The translations under genes were made by a program, and so were the position numbers. The notes below the pieces were generated by a model. The model did not search any database and was not told where the DNA came from. It was given only the letters and a program-made list of their open reading frames with translations. A stretch of 64,000 bases of DNA from Chrysomallon squamiferum (taxonomy: Eukaryota > Animalia > Mollusca): the NCBI GenBank assembly GCA_012295275.1, contig CM022671.1, positions 29,698,001-29,762,000 of the forward strand, given 5' to 3'. Positions 29,452 through 41,700 of the stretch are shown here, piece by piece. Position 1 is the stretch's first letter; each line of letters starts with the position of its first letter.

Positions 29452-32400
29452 TTATCCATCTGTGACGGCTACTTCTGTCAGTTTTGTTTCAGGGTTTGTG
29501 TCTCCGTTAAGTATCGGAGTAGGTGCATTATCGAGTTTGATTTGCAATTCATCCTTAATGCACTTCTCGGACGAGTTTTCAGTTTTGTCTTTGTGATCAC
29601 AACATCCATCAGTCTGTGCGTCGGTGATTTCAGTGATTTTTGCTTCACTTTTGTTCCCTGGGTTTCGTTTTGACATCTCTTGTCGGAAACGCTCGATATC
29701 ATCCGGGCTGTAAATTTTGCAAAATATTCAACCAATCATTTCAATATTCTTTCTTCTACTGATTAAAATGTTATTACTTTAATAATGTGGAACTAATGAT
29801 AAATTTCCTAAAAATTATTATTATTGGTTTTTGTTTTGTTTTTTAACTAACATTTTTCAAAATGGCAAAATGAAATTGCAAAATAAAATGTACATTTACA
29901 CTATTAAAACACTGTAGAGCTTTCCTGTGAATTGATATATATATATATATATGAAAACTGAAAAACATGCTTTGTGTCTAGGTTATTATGTGTCTGGCTC
30001 TATGTGTATATTGTACATGCTCATTTAAACTTCTTTTTTTTTGTCAGAACAGAATGATAAAGAAAACCAAATAGATTTGTGAATCAGAAATATTTACCTT
30101 ATTTGAACAAAGACGATGCCATTGATTACATTCAGTGTATCCAAAACACTTGATAAAGAAGGTGTCTGAATCTGAATAAAAAGTGATGAAACGATTTAAA
30201 AATTAGAAACTCCTAAAAACACTTTTTTCACAAAACAAAATTCACTGTTGAATGTTACCTAAATTTTAAAAATATTGGTATTTTGGATGACTAATGAAAG
30301 CACCCGCTACCCAAACAAATTTTTTTAAAATAAATTTTCTATCTAATTAAAACAATGATCGACACTTTACAGTTGTATACTTTGTTCATTTTAAAGAATT
30401 AAAAGTAATTTCACTACAAATGGTTACTTCATTTCAACAAAAGAACTGTACCAAACCATAATGTGACTGTGTTTTTAACATGACAGAAATATTCTCTTGA
30501 ATTTTAAACTGCACTTGTAACCTTGATCTTACCTTGTCTATAGGAGGAAAACCACATAAAACTGGCAAAATACAAAATGGAAATACCTTTCCTCCAATGA
30601 GTAATAAATAAAGCTATGAGCATCAACCTACTCACTGAATAATTTAAAACCACAATTCCGGTTTACCTGAATAGGAGGAAAGATGATGTTCTTGTCTCCT
30701 TTGTAAATCTCGTTCATCTTTTTCTGAAAGACAACAGCCTGCTGTGTGAGATGTTTCAAACACTCGGAACTCTCCTTAGTCCGGTCATGCTCCTCTCCAA
30801 GCTGCAAAACAACAACTTTATTCATTACCAGTTACTTGTGTTTTCTCGTTTCCCCAGTGTTAAATGGTTTATGCAATAATTTCTAGTGGGGAGATCAGTT
30901 CAACTTGGAGCTATGAAGTTTTGGTACCAAATCAGTTACAGATCAGCCTGACACAATATACCCAGACACACACAAATGATCATTATAAATGTGTAACAGT
31001 TTGTGATTACAATATAAACAGCACAAGGAAAACGATGTCTAAATACATAATAATTCAAATTACCATCTGCTTGTAGATTGCGTATGCTTCCTTCTCACTC
31101 TGAAGTGCTGCACGGAAATCTCCACGACAAGAGTGAGTCCTAGCAACCAGATGGTAACTCATGGCAACCTTTAGACTCTTAGCACCAAAGTACCTACAAA
31201 GAAAAACAACAACATTTAACTTTAAAATAAAATACTGGCTGGACAAATTTTAAAATAATTAAGTAAGTTCACATAAAAGATTGACCAACACTGTTTAAGA
31301 TCAATTTTGTACCCATGGCATGAAGCACCAAGCTCCATAAAGAGAAGGTGAGATTAACATGGAAATATTTCTATAACCTCAACTGATTATGAGAATTGTC
31401 ATGGCCAAAAGGCTTGAACCCTTGCCCGTGAGGTTTATGTAAGTGTATGATAAATATAATTGTGCCACGTCAGAAATGACTTTTAGAAAACAAATTTGCA
31501 GTCTCATCTTTGCAGAATATCTACTGCACATAGAAATTGATGATATTTTTGTAGAAATTATTAATATAAGTAGAAAAGTTTCTTTTCTTTTCTTTTAATA
31601 TCAAGCTAAATCATAAGAAAAATGTACACACATTTAATATCAAAATGACAGATTTAAAAAAATGACTACTAAATATAATAATTTTATTTACTATATTGTA
31701 TCCATGGCATGAAGCACCAAGCTCCATAAAGAGAAGGTGAGATTAACATGGAAATATTTCTATAACCTCAACTGATTATGAGAATCATCATGGCCAAAAG
31801 GCTGGAACCCTTGCCCGTGAGGTATAAATAATATAATTTCTGAACTATTTCAACAGCCCAGATACACAGCTGTTTCATGTATCAAAATAAGCAGTGTAAA
31901 AGTGTATAGAGTTTTAATTCATTACACATTTTTTATTTTTGTTTCCAAGCTTAATGAAGCAGTCATAACCAAATGTAAGGAAAAGTAAGGAAAACATTCA
32001 CAAACAAAATCATCAGTTACTATGAATGAAACAACAAATTTTGAAAAACCTGAATTGTATAGGAAGATATTATCATTCGTTTTGTACCCATGGCATGAAG
32101 CACCAAGCTCTATAAAGAGAAGGTGAGATTAACATGGAAATATTTCTATAACCTCAACTGATTATGAGAATCATCATTGCCAAAAGGCTTGAGCCCTTGC
32201 CCGTGAGGTTTAAATACAATTTCTGAATGTTTCAACAGCCCAGAAACATAGCTGTTACATACAACATAAAAAGCAGGGTAAACTTGTGTGTAATTTTAAT
32301 TCATTACAAATTTTGGATTTCTCAGCTTAATGAAGCAGTGATAACCAAATACAAGGAAAAGCAAGGAAAAGATTCATAAAACAGTTGTTTTTGTATCCAT

Positions 32401-35400
32401 GGGAAAAAGCTCCATAAAAGATGATGGATTAAATGGAAATTCAAACTCAACTGATTATGAGAACCATCATGAAAACCTGGAACCAAGGTTTTACTGAATG
32501 TTTATGGATAAAACAGGGTAAAGTTGTTTTAATTATCCATTTTGGCTCAGCTTAATGAAGCAGTGATAACAAATACAAGCTCCATTAAACTAGTTGTTTT
32601 GTATCCATGGCATGAAGCACCAAGCTCCATAAAGAGATGATGAGATTAACATGGAAATGTTTCTATAACCTCAACTGATTATGAGAACCATCATGACCAA
32701 AAGGCTGGAACCCTTGCCCGTGAGGTTTAAAAAAAAGTGAAAACAAGATGCCAAAGCAAAACCTCTTTAGTAACAGCTTTAAACAGAAGTATGAATACTG
32801 TCTATATACTTTTTCTGTCATGATGAAACAAGCCAGTTCTGTTTCTTGCTCTACATATTTGCAGTAAATTGTCTCATCTGAAACTTTCCACATACAGAAC
32901 TTACTTAACATGTCTTTGGTCAATGAATTAGAGTTGTGTGACAGTTTGAATGAGAAATTACTCAGTGGGAACAAGAGTCAATTCTGTTGTAATTATTGAA
33001 TACAGCTTAATTAGAAATCTAAACTGGTTATTTTTAAGCAGCTTAATGAAATATTTGATAATACCCTTAAAAATCACTCTACAACAATACTGTTATCATT
33101 CTGTACCCATGGCATGAAGCACCAAGCTCCATAAAGAGATGATGAGATTAACATGGAAATATTTCTATAACCTCAACTGATTATGAGAATCATCATGACC
33201 AAAAGGCTAGAACCCTTGCCCGTGAGGTTATCAAAAGTACAGGTAAAAACTGAAATAAATGAAAAACCTGTACCTGTATATATGATGCAGTGTACATAAA
33301 ATTACATCACAAACATTTATTGATGATGAGTAAAAGTATCTTATAACTGTTTACAAAAAATCACAACAGAAATTTGGATGTGACCATCAGAAACTGCAAG
33401 AAGTAAAGTCCTGTGAAAACAAATCAAACTGGGTACTGTGCCACAGAACTGCAAAGTTGTACTCAAAGAAGAATAGGCAAGAGTAACAAGGAAATGTGTC
33501 TAAAGCTCAAAACTGATTTTAAGTTTTATTACAATGAAAATTAAGCCCAGAATACATGGGCTCCAGAGGAAGATGTTTGAGAAGGGACATGGAAATACAG
33601 ACACAGACCGTAACAGCGTAAAACTGTCAGATTCCTTTAAAATATAGTTTGAATCTTTTTAACATTTTCAACTTGGTATTCGGTTCAGTATGAAAGAAAA
33701 AAAACCTGGTTGAGCATTTCAAACTGTTTTTTGTTACTGGGTTTTTGCATTTCATTGTCATCTTGAAAAAAATATTAAATAAATTTAATAAATGGTTACA
33801 CTGGTGCAACACTAATAGAAGTGGTACTTTTAAAAAGGACAAGGATTTAATAAATACAGAGAATTAAAATAAATATATATTAACTAAGAAGTAAAACTTT
33901 AAAAAAAGGTACTTTGATAAATAAAATATATGCTTCTTCACAAAATTCAATAGAAAATCTTTCCTGATCTTAATGTAATGCTACTGGATTTCTTCAACGT
34001 TTGAGACCAAACCTATAAAGTAGCTTCTGGAACAAAAATCTCATATTCTGTACCCATGGCATGAAACACCAGCCTCCACATGGAGCGAGCAGGTGGGATT
34101 AACATGGGTTTCTGTTTACTGTCACCTCAACTGATTATGAAGACCATAAAAGCCTGTAGGCTTGGCTCCTTGCCCGTGAGGTGTACAAACATGGAATATG
34201 AAATATTTTAAATTAGTGAAAAAAAAACCCAATTATATTCACTTTCTAAAAATAAAACTTCAGACAAAGCAACTGATATAAAGTTAACTTTTGTTATTGC
34301 TAGAGATTGTAATAGTATTGTTAGAATATGATGTTCTGAAACAAATTGTTTAAATTAAATTGCAACAGAATCTTACCTGACGTTCAGCTGTAGTGTGTGT
34401 TCAAGAAACTTCAGTGACAGTTCATACTCCTCCACAGCATGCAAGATCAGACCAATGTTGCTCTGAAAAAAAAATAAAAACTTTAATATCTCAGTATTTT
34501 ATAACATCTCATAAATGCATTCTTTTTCCCCATCTGCATTTCACTGGTAATTCAGAAGGAAAAAAAAAAAAAAATCATGTCACCTGTTTGTTAATGACCA
34601 AAATTTTCAATACCATAAACAATATCTTGATACTAAATTTTAGGTATAATTTCCTTTTAAATTTAAGATGATGAATTAACATTGTTTTAATATCTGAACA
34701 TGAATATATTTTTTGTTTGTTTATTTGTTGTTTTTTGTGGGGGGGTTGTCATCAAATATTATTAAAAGTATAGGACATTATTGACTAAGAACAAGAACTT
34801 TTCTTTTTACATGTACCTTCCCATAAACAGAACAGTAGTTGTCTGTCATTATTTCATGCAGTGGGTTTACCAAGTAGTACTGATTTTGTAATGTCAGTGA
34901 AGGTCTGTTACCAATTTCCATGAATAATTCAGACATAAAAAAAGTTTTACTTACATCAATGAGTGCAACATCTGGATGGTTTTCTCCGTGACACAGGATG
35001 GCCAGGTAACGAGCCCTGTACATCAGTCTCAGGGAACTTGATACCTGGTTGTTGGCAAAGCAGTACAATGCCAGATGTGTCTGTACAAACAAAATAATTA
35101 AATAAATTAAAAAATTTTTTTTTTAATAAAATCCCCAACTACTTACATTGCAGTTAAACCTAATACTAGAGTTTAAACTAACAATTATTAAAAGAAAAAT
35201 AGTTTAGTCCAGAGGATACACAATGCAATATTTACTACTTTGTCAAACAGGACTTTAAGTGATGAAAGATAAAGACTGAGCCTTTTTTAATAAATAGATC
35301 ACCATTTGTTTCAAATAAAAACAAAAATCTTCTCAAAAGTTGATGTTGTCATTTTCAAAAATCTTTCAAAATGATTTCTAAATATATAGAATTCACCATA

Positions 35401-35728
35401 TTTTAAAACAATGCTGAAACAATCACATTTATCGTCACAATTTACTACTCACGTATTCTGTGATGGTGTTTGGATGGTCAATGCCAAGCACACGCTCGCT
35501 CATGAGAACAGCTCGCTGTTGGTATGACAACGCTTCTCCATAGTCACCCATGATGTAGTTCAGTCGTGCCAGAAGTCGCAGACAGGCAGAAATTTCTGGG
35601 TGCATTGCACCGTAAACATTATTGAGGAGATTCAGAGCTTCACTGATCAGTTCATAGCCCTCTCTCAACAAACCCTGCTGAATTTTAGACTGTCCACTCG
35701 TAAAGAAGTGATAAGCATCAGTAGCCTA

Positions 35729-35798
<70 letters not shown>

Positions 35799-38700
35799 AA
35801 TAAAATAAAATAAGTTTACCAAAGAAAAGAAAGAGATTATGCTACTGCAGCCACTAATAGAAAACAATATATAGTACTTGATTAAATTAATAAATATGAA
35901 TATCTCTGGAAGCATTTGGAAATCTGGGCAAAGACAAATATATCAAGTTTAACCTATTTTGCAATGTATTGATCTCCTTACTCATAAATTTTAATTTTAG
36001 TGGCATTTATAATTCCTGGCAAAGTGTTAAGAATAATTTCACAATTTACACATTTAAAAATTTATATGCTTTTTAATAATTTATAATTTTACTAGTTCCC
36101 AAAGTATATATATATATATATAAAAAATAATCAATGTAATTAATACCACTTACTTTAGGATGTATATGCTTGACAATAGGGTATACATTGACAATGTCCT
36201 CTTCAAAGAAAATCTGCTTGTTGCGAATGTCCAGATGGTACTCTCTCAGCAGAACCTGGATTCCCACCGAGCGACAGAAAGCTCTCATAAGTGACACACG
36301 CTGCAATCCATACTTCTCTACCGCAGAGTCCACAGAATCACTGCAACAGAAACAAGCTAATAAGTGTAAAATGAATCACAGTATTCAATTGTGTATTAAT
36401 AAAATAAAATAAAATATTCAACATCACTGGACAACAATGTATATTGTATTCAACATCACTGGACAACAATGTATATTGTATTCACATGTTAATACAGCCC
36501 ATCTCTGCTATATGCTTTATATTAAATTATTCCATCAATCAAACTTAATAAACCGTTTAATAAAATACACTGAATTTCATAAAGTATAGCAATATATTTA
36601 AAACAATCTGTAAATAATTATCTTATAGTTGAAGACATTTTCTATTTTGTTGGATTTAACTGTAATTTTACATGATAAATCAGGTAGTTAACATTAACAA
36701 ACTACATTTCATTTCCATTACTTAAAATAAATTCGATAATAAAAAACTTTTATTCCTTACTCATACTGAACTGTAACTTATTTTAAGAATGTCTAAATTA
36801 ATTTATTCATTATTTATAATTATGGATCCACCACAAACAAGTTTTTTAACTTTAAGGCCATGTTATCTCACTCACCACTCGAGGGTGTAAGTGTAGTAGT
36901 CACTAACTTCATCAACAATCTTCTTCCACAGAGTTTTGGGCGTTTCAGAAACCCACTCACTGCTTTCTGCAAAAAGAAACATACAACAATATTTACTGAC
37001 TATTAATATTAGCGAACTACATTTCATTTTCATTACTTGTTGTTATCATTATTACTTTACGTTTTTTTTTAGATTTTTGAAAGTCAAATCTAAGAACTGA
37101 TCTTCAGGCGTCATTGAACTAATTTCTATAATATCCAAACCTTTAACAGCCTTTTCAGAATACCATTATAACAATCCCTAAAGAAAGGTAATATATATAA
37201 TTCTAGACATGAACAATGAATTGGTATTTAGGCAAGCCAAAGTCTGTGAAAGATACAGCACGGCCTGGCTGGGAATCACTGCTACAGTTAAAAAATAACC
37301 ATAAAATTATCAAAAAACTTAAAAATAACTCACCAACACTGAATACAAAGCTGTGCTTATTCTTCTTCTTGCTTTTGCGTTTAGCAGTTCTGCTGGGTAT
37401 CTGAAAAAAGACAACAACAGAAACCTCTGAAACATTTGTCATGTGTTATTGAAAGCACATAATGACCAAATACTCCAAATACTTATTTTACTACATGGCA
37501 TTAAGAAATGTTTCAAATATTTAACAAAATTAAAACCAATGACATGCCATTGATGTATACAATTAATAAAAAAAAATTAAATAATAAAGGCTATTTATTT
37601 GGGTTTTTATATATTTTTTTTATTATTAATCACAAAATGTTGAAGAAAGATTGCATTTAAAAAAATGTAATGAAATTAACTTAATCTTTCCTTCTCCAAC
37701 CCCCAAAATTTTATTGAACACCAATGGTACAAAATATGTCTTACAGAACAAAACATGTTTCAGGTTAGATAAAACAAAACAAAAATGTAAGCAAATGAAA
37801 AATCAAAAACAACAAAATAACAACAAATAAAACAAACATTTCAATAAATGTTATTTCCAAAAGATGTTGCATTTTGAAAAACTTTAAAGAAAAAATTAAA
37901 AACTGGACCTGTTTAATTAAAAAAACCAGCATTATCATAGAAGGAAAAATTATTTGTAACTCTTTTAAAAACTCTTCACCAATATCATTTATTTGTATCC
38001 ATGGCATGAAGCACCAAGCTCCATAAAGAGATGATGAGATTAACATGGAAATATTTCTATAACCTCAACTGATTATGAGAATCATCATAGCCAAAAGGCT
38101 AGAACCCTTGCCCGTGAGGTACAAAACATATTTTTTAACATGTAACAAAAACATGAACTCAAAACTGAAAAAGAATGTCAAAGAAACTACCATCTTGAAT
38201 TCATGACAAACTTGAAAATAAAGTAAATTGTTTTTTTAATCCACTCGATCCTGTTAATGGGTAAAAAAAAAAAAAAAGAAAGAAAAAGAAAAAAAAAAAA
38301 AAGAAAAAGGAAAAATATTAAGCTGGCAACAACTGACATGTATTATCCTTCTGGAGAGAACTGTTAAAGACATTTGTTCATCAACTGAACATTACAACTA
38401 GGATTAGAGTAATCCATAGTCTGGGAATTAAACTGAGCGATATACATACATATACAATATATATAGATTAAATTTTAAACTCAAAATGTAGCAAGTGATT
38501 GCTACTATACAGAAATGATTATTAATCACTCTACCATTAATTCAGTTAAAATGAATTCTTCACATGCAAGTTTATGCATCAAAATAAATCTGTGGTGTAT
38601 TTGTTATCGCTGATTTTATCTGTTGGTAATTAAAAAAGAAAAGATTAAAAAAATCATATCTACTATTATTCAGGTACAGTACATAGAGCAACGAAGAACA

Positions 38701-41700
38701 TTTTCCTTTTAATCATTAATGTTTATGAAAAATGACCTTATTTACAGTTATAATATTATGTTATATACAGGAAGACATCAACAAAATGATTACAAATAAA
38801 TAATGTATACAGCTGTACCCATGGCATGAATCACCAAATCCAGTAAAGGAAACAGTGAGATTAACATGGACAGTTTCTTATCACCTCAGCTGATTATCAA
38901 GTTCATAATGGCCAAAAGACTAGACTCCTTGCCCGTGAGGTTTCATACCAACTGATCATTATTCCAAATATCCCTCAGAAAAACCATCACAATAATAATA
39001 ATAGTAATAACAATGACAATAACAATTACTATAGGAATAATAACAATAATAATAGTAACTAACAATAAGAAGAATAAACTGAAAACAACATCTCCTTGTG
39101 TTATCAGAAAAAGTGTAAACATCTCATGAGTAAAAGATTTCTACAAATATCTTTATCCTTTTCCCAGGATGAACAATTAAAACCATCAAGTTTATATACC
39201 AACACCCGTTAATTATCTACGTTATTACATACCTCCTCAGTTGTCACTTGAGCATGCGGTGTGGGGTATGAGCCAAGGTAACAGTTGAGAAAATGGCTGA
39301 TGGCAGAAGAGAGGTTGACCAGGTCGACACCCTGCATGTACGTCTTGAAGATTCGCTTAGCAGCACGACAGATCAACTCTCCTATAGCTATACTCTGTAC
39401 AGATATTTAAATAATTAAAAAAATAAATTAAAATTTATAACATTTTAGTACTGTATTATTTGCTATCATTTATTCAGAAGTAAAATATTCCAGTAAATTT
39501 TAATATTTAATACAAAAAAAAAATAAAAATAAAAAAAAAACAACAACATATGCATCAAAAATTAATTCAATAAAAATAATTGTTTATCCTTATTTTTAGA
39601 AAGAACTAAACTGTCTTATGTGATGAATTAAACTGAACATTTTTCTTGTGGAAACAGATTCATGAAAAACTGGTAATGTTTCTAAAATAATTCATAACAT
39701 GAAAAATAAAAATAAAAATAATTGCAGAAATATATAACAGAAAAACAAAAGATATATATTTACTCACAAAGACATATGATACTGTTGAGTATTTGGAAAA
39801 TATGTCTGCCACTTTGCCAAGGTAACGCATGTTTATTCCACGATTGTGCATTGCTTCGCTCAGCGTCAGCCCGTCAATTGGAGAAGATGTGTGATCTAAA
39901 CAGTCATTCACCTGAACAATTCACAAAACACAAATATAACTGAGCAATTTACAAAGCAACAACCCTGAGTAAATCCCAAATCAGAAAATAATAATCAAAA
40001 TCAAGCATTTGCCAAGAAGACTGAATTAGATTCAAAGACCTTAACCAAGATCTGAACAAATGTTTCTAACTTTTGAACAGTTTCAAACCAGTATTACGTT
40101 TTTTCTTGTCAAAAGACATGAATAAAAATCGGAAGAGTAAATTTCAGACTTACCAATGTAGGAATCTGGTGCAGTAGAAGAAATTCTGCAGCATCCTTAA
40201 CCAACTGTTTCTCCATCTTGAACATTTTGCTCTACAAGGAAACAAATATATCTGTTTAATACAGTTTACCATACTGACTCACAGAAACACAGACATGCAC
40301 ACACAGACACTGACACACATACACAGACACAGACACACACAGTCACTTAAGGACATCATTTTATTCAAAATCATAAATTTCTCTTTGAACAAAGACATTT
40401 AATGTGAACTTACTTACAAATGAATTTATTTCACATCCTTACTTCAAACCAACTATGAAATAATTTGCCAGAGGATTTTTTAAAAAAAGAAAAGAAAAAG
40501 AGAAATTTCTGTGAATGTACATTATTATTTCTGTATATCAGACAGTTAAGATAGAGTATAAATAAATACAGAAAGTGTGTGGAAGGACAAATGAATGACT
40601 GAAGATGAGGAGGAATGTTTTAACTCACCTCAGGATCAGCATGCTGAACATGTGGCTGAAAGACGTCTGGATTAAAGGTCATGGTGAATTCTGAAATAAA
40701 ACAAAATATAAACTTTTTAAAGACACACAAATCATCAAATTTACTTCTTTGGAAATCAGATGCACTTAACAACAATAACAATACTAATAATTAATAGCAA
40801 AAACAGGCAATTTTGATCACACCATTGAACTGCCTTAATATTACTATAATATCCTTATTAATATTAATAACAGGTTTGCTTATGTAAAACAAGATCATGT
40901 TTGTGATATATTTACCACACAAAAACAATGTTTTTTTTACCTGTTTCACTCAAAGACCCCACAGCTTTGGCAGCTTTCTTTACAATTTCTCTTGTGCTTT
41001 CTTCAACTGAAAGTAATAAAACTGATATTAAGATTCTACAAGACAAATACACTAATCCTTTTCAGTTTATACTGTCAATGTTACTTGATTTTCATGAACA
41101 TTAGGAACACCAAAATAATCAAAATAACATGTAAATATTCCCTGTACTTCAGTTTTAAGAACATTTTAACTGCAAAAACACTGTAAGATAATAATACAAC
41201 ATTAACACTATGCTGAATGAATGAATGAATATCAGTGATTTGTGACTTAAATAATTAAGCTAAATTAAAAAAAAAAAAAATTTAAAATCAAGCTAAAATA
41301 CTGTAAAGAGCTATGCCACCATTAAGATAAATTTAAAAATAGTGTGAACATTATTTACATGTCTGATTGTCTGTTCCTGTGAGGGTCTCAACAATCTTCT
41401 TTGCTTCTTCTGTAGCAATGTCATCGTCAGACTTGTCCTTTTTGTTACAGTCATGCTGTTCATTTACCAGCTCTTCTGTCGACTGAAGTACATACACAAA
41501 GTATGAAACATTTATAAAATCTGGAAATTTTAGGATGAGAAATATTCAGTTATTTTCAAAGTTTATGATGTAAACCCACAATGTGTTTTTCTATTTCCAA
41601 GAAGTGCTTTTATTTTTAAGAGATAAATGTTACAAATGCAGAACTCGACATACCTTGATTTCTACAGTTTTCTTTTCTAGTTGAGTTTCTACGTCAGTGG

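Noticed and set aside
32663-32974. ORFs overlapping snoRNA copies (also 37765-38046)
   Set aside because: Chance frames through the ncRNA; they are not preserved between copies.
31305-34182. Repeat-spacer pattern read as a CRISPR array, SINE/MITE or hammerhead retrozyme
   Set aside because: This is a eukaryotic intron with 130-nt repeats and partly homologous spacers. There are no cas genes, TIRs, TSDs, Pol III boxes or CUGAUGA/GAAA core within the unit. H/ACA architecture explains the conservation.
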